Below, piece by piece: positions 47,700 to 59,293 of a stretch of DNA of 64,000 bases (the first letter of the stretch is position 1; each line of letters starts with the position of its first letter). This DNA comes from Selaginella moellendorffii. Its lineage: Eukaryota; Plantae; Lycopodiophyta. The notes below the pieces were generated by a model. That model saw nothing but the letters and a program-made list of their open reading frames with translations, did no database searches and had not been told where the DNA came from. The position numbers and the translations under genes were made by a program. The stretch covers positions 1-64,000 of the forward strand of contig NW_003314290.1 in NCBI RefSeq assembly GCF_000143415.4, in the 5' to 3' direction.

Positions 47700-48045
47700 A
47701 CTCGCTACATGCCACCACGTGTACAATGCATCAGTCTGTCTCCCATTTGTACAGACTCAAATGGGAGAGCTCTAGTACAGTCTCCCATTGGCCATGCACA
47801 CAATTGGATCATAGTGTTCCACAAGATGGAATCATTCCAACACAGGTGGACATTACATACCTGTGAATCATAGCTGTCCATGACACAATATTCCACTCAG
47901 GCATCTCCCCTAGAATCTGCCGTACTGCACGTGGGTGGCTACATTGTATATGTCCACCATCACCAGTCTCACTAGGGCATTGCGTGGAAGATCCTTTTAG
48001 TATCTTCCAGCTTCCAGTGTTAGAAAATGCTTGGAGCATCATATT
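47700..48045 (-). pseudogene. Fragmentary PLS-PPR remnant
   Basis: Short pieces such as EMPEWNIVSWTAMI and DSILWNTMI in broken frames. Confidence 0.55.
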
Positions 48046-48338
48046 GTGATCCCTTCAACTCAAACAATTTACTGGCAATGCCATAATGAAGTAATTAATA
48101 TGGATTATGAGGAAAAGGAAGTGAGTTATTTTCCTTAAGTTTTTCTCACAATCAATGTTAGCATTAATCCATTAATACACCTTATATGTTTTATCCATGG
48201 ACACCAAATTTAAGTGATAATTGATATAAGAGTTATGCACAATGTGATATCTAAAAATTTAATTAAATATTAGGATTGAAGTTTAGCAAATGTCACCACA
48301 TTTCCAGTTTGCAAAAGGTGGGCATGTAACCAAGAAAT

Positions 48339-49230
48339 TTATGAGTGATGTCCCAATAAGGCACAAAGAGTCGTACAAAATGCCACCATAGCAGCCAAAT
48401 AAAAGCTAAAAGTAGGAAACAATCCACCTATATCATTATTATTGCTTGCATTGGCATCCTTCTGAAGGTCACATACGTACTCAAGTTCTGCAGCAGATCC
48501 CTTGGGGCAGAAATTTGGGATTGTTCCTTCAAAGTTATTGTGAGAGAGGTCAGCCATCTGAGGCTCTTGCTCCAATTTGTAGGAATGGGACCATTAGTGA
48601 GATGTCAATCCTTTTGATGCTGGTCGAAAAACTCCAGTTTGAAGGAACACCACCTAGGAATCTGAGAGATCGCAATGGTCCCAATTGTGTGATCTGACTG
48701 TCCTGTAGCTCGTTGGCTGAAATCCAAATGCTGCAGTTTTGTGCACTTGGATAGAGCAGCAAGAATCTCGAGTTAAGGGTTTAACAAACCATATTCATTT
48801 AACAAATACGCTTACCTCCTGAAAGATTGTTTTCCAGGTGAGGTGTTTGAAATGCACAACCTGAGGTGAAACTCTTCCAGTAAAAATTGTTGACAAGTTC
48901 AGTGCAGGTGAGAAATGAATCAAAGATGCCTTGGAAGTTGTTGTGAGAGAGCCTGAGAGAGCCTGAGATGCCTCAGATTCCGCTGAAGGTAGACATTTTT
49001 AGACTGCTTGCACTTCTGCAGCATGGAGGTTTTTGAGCTTTCTCAGAGCAGGAGAAACTGTGCCATTGAGGTAGGGAAATTACACTGTTGTGAGGAACCA
49101 TTGGCAAAAGTTGTGGCTGTTTGATACATTCCAATCAGAGAGTGCTTGGTCCTGTTGCCTTTTAAGAGTATGATAAAATCGTTGCTCTGAACATGGCTGA
49201 TTCCTGCACAAATTCATGATAGCAAGCATA
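48339..49230 (-). pseudogene. Decayed LRR-RLP paralogue
   Basis: ADLSHNNFEGTIP, a TM-like C-terminal stretch and LRR-like fragments upstream, all frameshifted. Confidence 0.6.
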
Positions 49231-49590
49231 AGAACAAATGTAACAAGCCTTTTCTTTTCTTACGGCTATTTATGTCTCATACATTCTAGATTGCTAGCAC
49301 CGCAGATAACCAAGATGCAAGGTCAAAATATTTCGAAATTGATGGTCCAATGTCTAAACTGACCCAAGACCGAAGACCAACGACTGCGCAGACCCCGTGC
49401 CGTGCCTTCGGCTAACGACAGAGGTGGTACGGCAGAAGCATGCGACGAACTTGTCCTTCACTATGCTAGATCCAACAATAATAATGGATGTTTCACTTTG
49501 TCTTTGAATCTGGAACTTGGCTCTTGTAGCGTTTCTCCTCTTGAAATTTCTTGAAATTTGCAATTACACCACTTTTCCATTTCCTTTAAA

Positions 49591-52422
49591 CTAACCTTTA
49601 CCAGAAAGAATGTTGGAGAATGATACATACGGTCCCGCATGGCCCGGCCCGAGCACAAGCATGCCACCAGCAACCCGACCAGCTCGTTCTGTGTCGTTGT
49701 GCGTCTTACAGGCCGACAGCAGCGTGTTCCAGCCGACAACACCCGGCTCCACTGGCATGAACTCCATCAGCTCCTCAGCCTCGTTGAGCTTCCCAGATCT
49801 CCCAAGCAAGTCGAGCATCCCCACAAAGTGCTCCACCCCTGGCGTAAAGCTTTGGTCCTCCACCATCTTGAGGAAGTAAATCCGCCCCTCCTCCACCAGG
49901 CCCGAGTGGCTGCACGAATGGATGATGCTCAAGAAGGCCACTTGATCGGGCTGGACTCCTTCCAGATCCATCTCTTGAAACAGCTCCAGTGCCTGCGCTC
50001 CGTGGCCCTGCTGCGCGTAGGCTGCGACCATGGCCGTCCATGAAACCACCGTCTTCTCGCGCATCTTGTCGAAGACAAGCCTCGCTTCTTCTGGCTTCCC
50101 ACACTTCCCAAACATGTACACCAGTGAGGTAGCGACTTGGACGTTGGAGTCGAATCCAGCTTCTGTGATACGTGAGTAGACTGCGCGGCCCTTGTGGATG
50201 GAGCCAGTGCTGGCGCACGCCTCCAGGACGCTTATAAAGGTGGTGTCGTTTGGTGCTTGATCCATCTCTGAGTAGAGCTCCAGCGCGTCCTTCCCGAGGC
50301 CCTGGCTCGCGTAGGCACCCAGCATTGCGTTCCAGATAACCACGTCTTTGTTTGCCGTTCGGTCGAACAAAAACCTGGCATCTTCGAGACTCTTGAGCTT
50401 CCCGTAAATGTGGACGAGCGCTGTCGCGAGTATGAGATCGGACTCGTAGCCGCCGGCTCGAAGTTGATGGTGGACTTCTTTCACTTCGTTGAGATTGCCG
50501 AAGTCTGACCAGGAAGTAAGAACTGTCGTGAAAGTGATGTCGTCTGGCGTTAGTCCTTCCAGGTTCATGCGGCGATAGTGTTGAAGGACTTGACCGTGGC
50601 CGTTCTCTGCATGAGCCCGGATAATCGCGTTCCAGGCAGGAACACACCTTCGTCCCTTGATCTTCTCAAAAACCGTCCTCGCATCCTCTAAACTCCCACA
50701 CTTCCCGTACATGTCGACGAGCGATGTCAATATCCTGTCTGTTTCGATCCCACTCGCAGATATCCTTGCATGGATTTCCCTTCCCGCGTCCAAAGCCCCA
50801 GAGATGCAGCACGCATCTAAAGCGGCTACCAAAGTCACTGCATTCGGAGCCACACCCGCCTTCTCCATCTCCTCAAATAACTCAAGAGCTTCTTTCCCTT
50901 GCTCGTGCTGGACGCACGCCGTGATCATCGTAGTCCAGGTAATCACGTTTCTGTGACTCATACGGTCGAAGATCTCTCTGGCAGCCTGTAAACTCCCGCA
51001 CTTCCCATACATATCGATGAGGGAATTCTCGATATACATCACCGACTGAAAACCTTCGGCTCTTATCCGTGTGTGGATTACGTGCCCCTCGACCAAGGCA
51101 CCCAAGAGAGAGCAGGCGTCCAGCAAGCTGACGAAAGTCACGTAGTCCGGCTTCACACCCTCTAGATCCATCCTCCGAAAGTGAACAAAAGCGTCTTTGC
51201 AGTGCCCGTGCTCGGCAATGACCGCCAGCATCGCAGACCAGGAGATCAAGTCCCTTCTCTCCATCCCTCCAAACACGGCCTTCGCAGATGCCAAGTCTCC
51301 ACACTTCCCGTACATCTTGATAAGTGTGTTCCCAGTGGAGACGTCTGCTCCAAATCCACAGATGACAACGAGTTCATGTGTCATCTTGCCTTCCGCTAGA
51401 GCACCGGCGCTAGAGCACGCCCCGAGAATGCTCATGAGGATGATCTCGTTGGGCCTTACACCGTCCAAGTTCATATACCCGAAGAGTTGGATCGCTTCTC
51501 GGACATGACCAAGTTGGGCATAGGCCGAGATCATGGTGCTCCAAGTCACCACGTCTTTCTCCACAATCCCGTCAAACACCTGTCTCGCTTCGATCAGCCG
51601 GCTACACTTGCCGTACATCCCCACCAGCGCAGTTCCAACGATGAGGCCGACGTCCAGCTTCTTCCTCGCCACCAGCCGGTGGATCATCTCGCCTTGCTCT
51701 ACAGCCTCTGCGTTAGCACACGCATCCAAAACGCTGAGAAAAGTTACCTCGTTTGGCTCCACGCCTTCTTCCTCCATCTTCTGGAACAAAACCAGCGCTT
51801 GGTCGTGATCTCCTCTCTGGGCATATGCTGCAACCATGGTCGACCACGAGATAACGTTCCTGTGCGTCATGCTCTCGAAAAACTCTCTGGCCTCCTCCAC
51901 ACCCCCACACTTCCCATACATGTTGAGGAGAGAATTACCCACGAATTCCCCGCAGCACAGCCCCGTAGCTTGCATTCTCTCGTGCGCTCCCTTGCCCTGC
52001 GACAAGGAACGAGCATTGGTACAAGCACTAAGAACGCTGATGAAAGTCACTGTGTCGGGCTTGACGCCACTCAAATCCATGTACCTCAAGATCTGAAGAG
52101 CTCGATCGTTCTCGCCATTGTGGACGTGCGCTTGGATGAAAATACTCCACGAGAACACATTCCTCCTCTCCAGCCGCTCAAACGCCATCGCCGCGTCCTC
52201 CAAGCTCCCACACTTGCCATACATCTGGACGATGAGATTCCCCAGGAAGGTTTCGCGATCGTCGCCGCCGGCCTCGGCGATCGCGGAATGCAGGCGCCGT
52301 GCGTCGGGGAGCGATCGCGATGCAGCGCATTGCCGGATCTGTGCCGCGAACGCTGCCTTGTCGAAGGATTGAGAGCTCCTGCTACTGGAGGCGACGGCGA
52401 TGGAGGGGACCTCCAGCGCCAT
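49591..52422 (-). CDS. PLS-class pentatricopeptide repeat protein with C-terminal E domain (no DYW)
   Basis: Many repeats of MYGKCGSL..A..F / NVISW..MI / GV.PN.VTF.SVL.AC. E-domain HFVGMLDLLGRSGKLNEAEELMEFMPVEPGVVGWNTLLSACKTH. Confidence 0.96.
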   Translation of the reverse strand: MALEVPSIAVASSSRSSQSFDKAAFAAQIRQCAASRSLPDARRLHSAIAEAGGDDRETFLGNLIVQMYGKCGSLEDAAMAFERLERRNVFSWSIFIQAHVHNGENDRALQILRYMDLSGVKPDTVTFISVLSACTNARSLSQGKGAHERMQATGLCCGEFVGNSLLNMYGKCGGVEEAREFFESMTHRNVISWSTMVAAYAQRGDHDQALVLFQKMEEEGVEPNEVTFLSVLDACANAEAVEQGEMIHRLVARKKLDVGLIVGTALVGMYGKCSRLIEARQVFDGIVEKDVVTWSTMISAYAQLGHVREAIQLFGYMNLDGVRPNEIILMSILGACSSAGALAEGKMTHELVVICGFGADVSTGNTLIKMYGKCGDLASAKAVFGGMERRDLISWSAMLAVIAEHGHCKDAFVHFRRMDLEGVKPDYVTFVSLLDACSLLGALVEGHVIHTRIRAEGFQSVMYIENSLIDMYGKCGSLQAAREIFDRMSHRNVITWTTMITACVQHEQGKEALELFEEMEKAGVAPNAVTLVAALDACCISGALDAGREIHARISASGIETDRILTSLVDMYGKCGSLEDARTVFEKIKGRRCVPAWNAIIRAHAENGHGQVLQHYRRMNLEGLTPDDITFTTVLTSWSDFGNLNEVKEVHHQLRAGGYESDLILATALVHIYGKLKSLEDARFLFDRTANKDVVIWNAMLGAYASQGLGKDALELYSEMDQAPNDTTFISVLEACASTGSIHKGRAVYSRITEAGFDSNVQVATSLVYMFGKCGKPEEARLVFDKMREKTVVSWTAMVAAYAQQGHGAQALELFQEMDLEGVQPDQVAFLSIIHSCSHSGLVEEGRIYFLKMVEDQSFTPGVEHFVGMLDLLGRSGKLNEAEELMEFMPVEPGVVGWNTLLSACKTHNDTERAGRVAGGMLVLGPGHAGPYVSFSNILSGKG

Positions 52423-52641
52423 CGCTCTCTTGCGGGCTAAAACCCTAACCTACAAATTCCCGCATTTTTTCGAATTTTCGCGTGAATAATATCCCTCTTG
52501 TGAGGCTGTGGTTCTTCCACGCGCATATTCCCCCTTGTGCCAGCATCGTTCTAGGGTTCTTCACTGCGAGAGAAAGAGGATGGATCCACTCGCGCATTTC
52601 TAGGTAAGCGCTGCTCGGTTCTCGGAGCGCTGGAGCTGGCG
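52423..52641. promoter_or_regulatory. 219-bp head-to-head intergenic region (probable bidirectional promoter) with a telobox
   Basis: Start codons diverge at 52422 and 52642; AAACCCTAA at ~52440-52448. Confidence 0.55.
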
Positions 52642-53973
52642 ATGGCGCTGCTAGATGGAACAGGCAGTTTCCTTCACCCGCACAGGCAGCAATCCAGAAC
52701 GATTCTCACGAGAAAGACCCGGACGATCACCAGGATTCTAGTCGCGAGGCTCAATCCCACAGAGGATCGCAGGGATTCGCAGCGGCGACAGCTAATTATC
52801 AATTCCTCTTCGTCCCGGCATGGGAGAATTGGGAAGAAGCTCTTGGCAATTCCTCCAGCCTTCTCGGCGCTAGGGGGACTAGAAGGCCCGGAATCGGTCC
52901 TCCAGGCGGTGGGAGTTCTCACAGTGATCATCCTCGTTCACGAGGCCGGGCATTTCCTCGCGGCCAGGCTCCAAAACATCCATGTTAGCCAGTTCTCTAT
53001 TGGATTTGGGCCGAAGCTGGCCACCTTCCAGAGAAAAGAGGTGGAGTACTCGGTCCGGGCGATTCCGCTGGGCGGCTACGTGGGCTTCCCGGACGACAAT
53101 CCAGACAGCGAGTTCTCGCCCGAGGATCCCGACTTGCTCAAGAACAGGCCCATCCTGGACAGAGTTCTCGTCATGTCCGCGGGCGTTTTCGCAAACATCG
53201 TCTTCGCCTACACGCTCCTCTTCACCCAGACGCTCACGGTGGGGCTCCTCCAGCAAAAGATCCTGCCGGGGGTCGTCGTCCCGGAGGTTTACGCGAGCTC
53301 GGCCGCAGCTAGAGCCGGGGTCCGGCCAGCCGACGTGATCCTCGCGCTCGACGGCCAGGAAGTCCGCAGTGACGAGCGCTCGGTAATGCAGATCGTGGAC
53401 GTGATCAAGCAGCGGCCGGGAAAGAAGATCCAGATGCTGCTCCAGCGCAGAGGAGAGGCAGTGACCGTGGACATCTTCCCGGACAGGAGCAAGGATGGGT
53501 ATGGAAGGATCGGCGTCCAGCTCTCGCCAAACATCCAGACCTTCCGGGTGAAGGCCCGAGATCTGGCGGACGCCACCGTGCAAGCTAGCCGCGAGTTTTG
53601 GAAGCTGGGCAGCAAAGTCGTGGAGGGATTGGCGCAGGTGGTGGTGAACTTTGCTCAAACCGCGGACAAAGTCTCAGGCCCGGTGGCCATTGTTGCGGTG
53701 GGGGCCGAGGTTGCGAGATCGGACGTTGCGGGGCTGTTCCAGTTCGCAGCGCTGCTCAACTTGAATCTGGCAGTGGTGAATATCTTGCCGCTCCCGGCGC
53801 TGGACGGAGGCTATCTGGCTTTGATCGCGCTTGAGGCGCTGAGGGGTGGGAAGAAGCTGCCCGACAAGATAGAACAGGGGATCATGTCGTCAGGGATCTT
53901 GCTTATACTCGCGCTGGGGATTGTTCTTATGGTCCGTGACACGCTCAACCTCGGCTTCGTCCAAGGCTTGTGA
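52642..53973 (+). CDS. ARASP: Plastid membrane zinc metalloprotease, M50/site-2 protease (RseP/ARASP-like) with PDZ domain
   Basis: HEAGH zinc motif, FSIGFGP, AIPLGGYV, PDZ (SAAARAGVRPADVILALDG), SGPVAI and NILPLPALDGG. N-terminal transit-peptide-like extension. Confidence 0.93.
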   Translation: MALLDGTGSFLHPHRQQSRTILTRKTRTITRILVARLNPTEDRRDSQRRQLIINSSSSRHGRIGKKLLAIPPAFSALGGLEGPESVLQAVGVLTVIILVHEAGHFLAARLQNIHVSQFSIGFGPKLATFQRKEVEYSVRAIPLGGYVGFPDDNPDSEFSPEDPDLLKNRPILDRVLVMSAGVFANIVFAYTLLFTQTLTVGLLQQKILPGVVVPEVYASSAAARAGVRPADVILALDGQEVRSDERSVMQIVDVIKQRPGKKIQMLLQRRGEAVTVDIFPDRSKDGYGRIGVQLSPNIQTFRVKARDLADATVQASREFWKLGSKVVEGLAQVVVNFAQTADKVSGPVAIVAVGAEVARSDVAGLFQFAALLNLNLAVVNILPLPALDGGYLALIALEALRGGKKLPDKIEQGIMSSGILLILALGIVLMVRDTLNLGFVQGL

Positions 53974-54472
53974 GTACACTTCCCAACAAAGTTGATATAT
54001 ATATATAAGGCCAGTGCAGTCGTAGTAGTTCAAGTGAGTCCACCCATGTTCTAAAATGCTGTAAGAATTAACATATATAATACATTTTACCTAAAATAAA
54101 TAAAAATTAAATTATTTTAATATATTAAATAAATTATTTAATTATTTTTGGTACATAATTTAATTTTTATCAGTTAGATATTGTGGGTGCTTGGAACCCT
54201 CACAATATGTAATTTTTTAATTCAACAGTTTAAGTGATATTTTTAAATTTAAAAGATTTCTATTAATCTCATCACCTATAAAAATGCCTCTAAATCTAAA
54301 TAAATTGCTATGTGTTGCATGTAGAAATTCTTGGTTTGCTTAATAATAAGTGTTATTCTTACTTATTAATCCAATTGATCAAATAAAGTTTATAATTATA
54401 AGCTATGTCTATATCTGTGTATCTCTATATGTATAGTCAGTGAATGTGAGACATTGAAAGATAGATATATAT

Positions 54473-54475
<3 letters not shown>

Positions 54476-54553
<78 letters not shown>
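54476..54553. repeat. (AT)n microsatellite
   Basis: Direct reading of the sequence. Confidence 0.97.
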
Positions 54554-54556
<3 letters not shown>

Positions 54557-56614
54557 CCCTAGCTAGGTAATACACTAATTATAATAGTATAGCATATGAA
54601 CTATCTATTTAGGATTGAATTTAATCCATCTATTTTTATATATAAACAAGGGTTTAAACCCTAATTAATATACTTATTCTTATATCTCGAGCTCTCACAT
54701 TGGTAGAGTTAAAGGGCATTGCAATTTGCCCCTGAAGGGCAAAGTTTTTTAGCAGTGCTTTATTTTAATATTTGGGATTGTGCTTTTTTATTCTTATTTC
54801 TTCATTCTCTTCTAGATCTAAATTTCTATTAGTTTTTCGCAAGATTTAGAATTTTAGTTATTGTTTAGATCTGCTCTTTCTTCTAATCTTTATTGCATTC
54901 TTTTCTTTTACTATGCCATGCTGTCATTGATCAAGGAGTATATCACTTGAGGTTGCTAATGCTGCTCCATTAGATCGAACTTTTGGTGCTGTGGGTGTGA
55001 TCATATTAGTGTTATACCTATCCTTGGTGTGTTGCTGTCTTTAGCTTTTGTGGAATGTAATTACATGGCTTGTTCTATTCTTGGTATTCTACTATCTTTT
55101 GTTGATGTGGAGTGTGATTGTGATATTGATTGGCAAGCTATGGATGATGTAATCCAATTCTTGGAGAATGTTCGAAGATCAAGTTTATGGGAAAACCATG
55201 TATATGAGCTCGAATGGATTCTAGAGTGTATGATGAGCTTGATTATTATAGAGATAACTTTGGAGATGAAGTGGAGATTTTGTGGGGTACGTGTCAATAT
55301 TTCAATTTACCATTTGATCCTTTCTCTCTTTTTTTTGCTCTTTCCCAACATTTTCTTATTTTTCGGCTTGGGCCACTTTCTCATGTTCCTAATATTTCTT
55401 CCTCATCTACAATATTTGCTTCTCTTGGCATGTCAATCATTTGTGACTCTCATGATTCACATTCTCAGTCTAGTGTTAAGTTGAGTGTTTTCTATCCTCC
55501 TCATACTAATCTAGATGTTGAATGTGTCTATGAAGTTGAGAATCTTGCTTTTGTTTCATTGGCAAAGTCTTTGATTAGTTCTGGTGTTGAGTATTCCCTT
55601 GTTCCAAGAGTTGAGTTACTTTGGCCAAAGTTTTGGGTTGAATGCATGCCCCCACTTGTGAGTGCAATTGAGAGCCTTTGTTTTACTGTTACTATTTAGG
55701 AATTTATATATTCCCTTGAGAGTGTGGATATTGTTATTGATTTTCCCATCTTAAGTGTTAAGTTATGTGTTGAAAAGTTTGAGCAATGTGAATCTTTTGC
55801 TTATATTGTGATGGCCAAAATATTTTATGATAAGAAGTCTTTTATTTTCCAAGTTTTAAACACATGTTCTTTTGATTTCCCCATTTCTGCATTGTTAATT
55901 GTTGCAAATTCCTCTTCAAATGCTTCTTTATCCACTTTTTCTTCTTTCATAATTGTTTTTCTTTAATTTTTCTTGTTTTCCCCTTTTTGCCCTAACACTT
56001 TAAACTTTTATTTTTTTGGAGGAGGGGGTAAAGGGGATGGATGAGAGTCCAACCCCGACGATAGAGTGAGGATGAATGAATGTAATAGTGGAGTAAGGAT
56101 AAATAACATGGATTATGGAGTGAGGATGAGCATAGCAAGTCCAAATGGAACATTTGGCCCCGACGTAATGAGGCCAAACGGATGCAATAATGGAGTAAAG
56201 TTATACATAGAAGGCAAAGTAAAGATAAGCACAGCAAGTCCAAATAGAATTAGTGCTTCAAAACTTTTTTTCTTTCGAAGAAGGGATAAGGAGATATGGA
56301 AGACAAACAAAGTGAGTCTAACTTCCCTAATTTAAAGTTATGGTTGCATGGTTAGTTTGAGCATTTGGGAGTTATATATAAAGTTGCAATTGATTCATCA
56401 AGATTCCATAATCAGTTAATGCTTATTCCATGGCTTTAGGTTTTATTTCAGTTATGGCTATCAACAACTTTATTGGTGGTTTTATAGGAGCTTTAGATTC
56501 TTGTGGAATTTATAATTGCCTAACAGAAGCTCTAGATATTCCACCTAATTTATTATCATCACCTTTTCATCTTTTGGAAGGGAGGATGGTGTAAAATTTG
56601 TAAATACATGTGTG

Positions 56615-56621
<7 letters not shown>

Positions 56622-56697
<76 letters not shown>
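56622..56697. repeat. (AT)n microsatellite
   Basis: Direct reading of the sequence. Confidence 0.97.
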
Positions 56698-56702
<5 letters not shown>

Positions 56703-57239
56703 TACTTTAGCTAGGTAATATACTATATATAATACTATAGCATATGGACTGTCCATTTATGACAGAGTTTGGTCCATCCATTCTTGTATATAAACAAGGG
56801 TCTAAACCCCAATTAATATACCTATTCCTATATCGCGAGCACTCACAAAACATATTTATAAATTATATATATATTATAAATACAAGATTAATCTAAATGA
56901 ATAATGGCAGAATATCCCAGAATATTTAAGCATATTTTAGGTATATCCATTACCTAAAAGTGAATTAATTAATACATAAAATGAATTTTAGGGAAAATTA
57001 AAAAAATATTAAAACTATTTTTTAGAAACTTCAAATTATAGAGTTAATGAAGAAATAGTATATATAAAAGCTATTTTATATCGCTTTTCATTGATATTGA
57101 TGAGTGGTATAAACCATGTCGACCAAACCAGAACACGAATGGAGTGGACTCCTGCTACAATAAGTTCTCCAGCCTTGGCCTCTCAGTCTGTGCCAGACTA
57201 ATGCCAGTCTTGTAATGGCTATGTGGCAGGAAAGCTGGT

Positions 57240-57955
57240 TAATCGTTTGTCAATGAAATTTTCTATCAAACTTCGCTTGAATTTTGTAGGCTTTGAACAT
57301 AGCGATTATGGCAATGAGAAGTGCCATGTAGCCAACACGATAAACCTGGAAGAACAAATATCGTGTTCATGGGCAGCTTGATCAGACCAGTGGGTATGTT
57401 TGACTGTAGCAAACAGTGAGAGAAGTGTATGAATGCCTTGCTGCTCATGGCCACAAGGAACGATTTTGGGATGCATTAGTTCGTGCAACGTGACCCATTT
57501 TTCTACGATTGAGTCGAGCACTTTCACAAGAACAAAAGTTAATAGACTTTACCACGGAGCCCCATCAAGAAGCCAAAGCTCTGGAACTGGACAGGATGAG
57601 TATGGAAGGATTGGCGTCCAGCTCTTGCCAAACATCCACCGGCGGACGCCACCGTGCAAGCCAGCCGCGAGTTTTGGAAGATGGGCAGCAAAGTCGTGGA
57701 GGGATTGGCGCAGATGGTGATGAAAACCGCGAACAAAGTCTCGGGCCTGGTTGCCATCGTTGCGGTGGGAGCTTTGGTTGCAAGGTCGAATGTTGCCGGG
57801 CTGTTAACGCTGTTACAAGTTGAATCTAGCAGTGATGAATATCTTCCCGCTGGATGGAGGCTACCTGTTTGATCGCGCTCGAGGCCGCCCGACAAGATAG
57901 AACCGGAGATCATGTCGTCGGGATCTCGCACTGGGGATTGTTCTTATGGTCTGGC
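57240..57955. pseudogene. Chimeric pseudogene: deleted copy of the PIG-W 3' end (minus strand) joined to a copy of the ARASP 3' end (plus strand)
   Basis: 57240-57580 parallels 62750-63400 with deletions. 57595-57955 parallels 53493-53940 (YGRIGVQL, QASREFWKMGSKVVEGLAQ). Confidence 0.85.
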
Positions 57956-58299
57956 ACATGTGAGTTCCTCTTTCTAACGAAGTTAATATATATATTAATA
58001 AGTAGTTTCTTAAAGTAAAGAGATCAACCATTCAGGTACTGGCACAAGTTTGCGCTCTACTCCACAGTCAGTGACCAGGTGAAGATCACCTTGCTGCAGA
58101 AACCATCTATGGCTGTTGCGTGACGAACGCTCTCGTAGATGATGTTTGTCATGATATAGTAGCTAAGTTTGCTAATCGTCGTTGGACCTCCCCGCGAGCT
58201 CCTCAGTGAGGATCTCGGCTCCTCGTCGAGATGAAATTTTTTCGTGGTGGAAACTTTTGAGAACCTTGAGCTGCGCTCTCTTCTCCGTCATGGCAACGC

Positions 58300-58920
58300 T
58301 CACCGAACGATCTCCACACACACCTTCCCTGTGCCATAAAATTCCCCAAGTTGTTTGTAACTGTCGTCCTTATGATCGTAAAAGAGCTGTACTGGTCCAT
58401 CCTCCCGAGATGGAAGCCCGCAAGTTGCTCTGTCCACTTTTCTTCTTCTACCACCAAACCATGTTGCAAGACGGCCAAGAAGATCCGCGTGCTCGGCAGC
58501 CCGAGGAAAGGCTCCACTCGTTTTCTCAACTCCATCACGATCCTCCTCCCCACTTAAAAACAATGGCACTTCTTCCTGCACAGCTATGACAACGTCGAGA
58601 TTCCCCTGTCCGTTTTGTCGGGAAGGAGCTGGCGCTTGATCATGGTTCGCTACTTCTTCCACAGCGGAAGCTGGAGCTTGGTCACCCACAGCTATGACAA
58701 CGTCCAGCTCGTTGATTCTGGAAGAAGCTGCTTCCTCCACAGCTGCTACCTTCAAGCTCGACTCAGTAACCTCCAGATCTGCCACTTTGATCATTTCTGA
58801 GTCACCACTTCTCACGGGCTTTTCCTCCTGCCTTTCCAGAGCATTCCCCGTGTTGCCAGCCGAGTCTTCTTTCTCGAGAAGCTTGAAATGGATGTCGAGG
58901 GAGCGAGCACACCAATCCAT
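58300..58920 (-). CDS. Uncharacterised protein, paralogue 1 (probably frameshifted)
   Basis: Shares CARSLDIHFKLLE...ADLEV.E.SLK..AVEE with ORF 59294..60142; DNA 58870-59130 duplicates 59975-60250. Confidence 0.4.
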   Translation of the reverse strand: MDWCARSLDIHFKLLEKEDSAGNTGNALERQEEKPVRSGDSEMIKVADLEVTESSLKVAAVEEAASSRINELDVVIAVGDQAPASAVEEVANHDQAPAPSRQNGQGNLDVVIAVQEEVPLFLSGEEDRDGVEKTSGAFPRAAEHADLLGRLATWFGGRRRKVDRATCGLPSREDGPVQLFYDHKDDSYKQLGEFYGTGKVCVEIVR

Positions 58921-59293
58921 CCATTGCCTCCTACGAGCGAGTGTTTCTTCTAAACCAGCGATAAACTCAGCTCCGAGTACGTCACCACCATTCTTGCTAG
59001 CGGGCTGAATCTCATGCCCAGGCTTGAATCTCGTGGCATCTGCAAAACAATTGAATGGTTACTGAATCAAATTCAGAATCACGTTACCTTCTTTGATAGT
59101 AGAGGCGTGACCAGAAAAGCTGTTACAGCCATGTCTCATTCCTTTGAGATCTCCATCTCTCCAATCTTGCTTGTCCGGCTCGATCCACTCCCATAATGAC
59201 GCAGGAACATGCTCGAAATCAAGCACCATCTTGGTTTCGCTATTAATCGCACCTGCAGAACAATCGTAGCTAAGCTTTCTATCATGGAAAAGT

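Larger units (their letters stand above)
54445..56847 (+). mobile_element. Degenerate small LTR-type element whose terminal direct repeats each contain an (AT)n tract
   Basis: Direct repeats 54554-54699 and 56702-56847 (TAGCTAGGTAAT...CTCACA), each preceded by (AT)n. TTGGTAGAG after the first repeat; purine tract GGAAGGGAGGATGG before the second. No TSD found. Confidence 0.55.

Noticed and set aside
49639-53658. Long antisense and alternative-frame ORFs over the PPR and ARASP genes
   Set aside because: Shadows of GC-rich coding sequence.
55029-56335. Short ORFs inside the (AT)n-flanked element
   Set aside because: AT-rich and fragmentary, with no recognisable domain.
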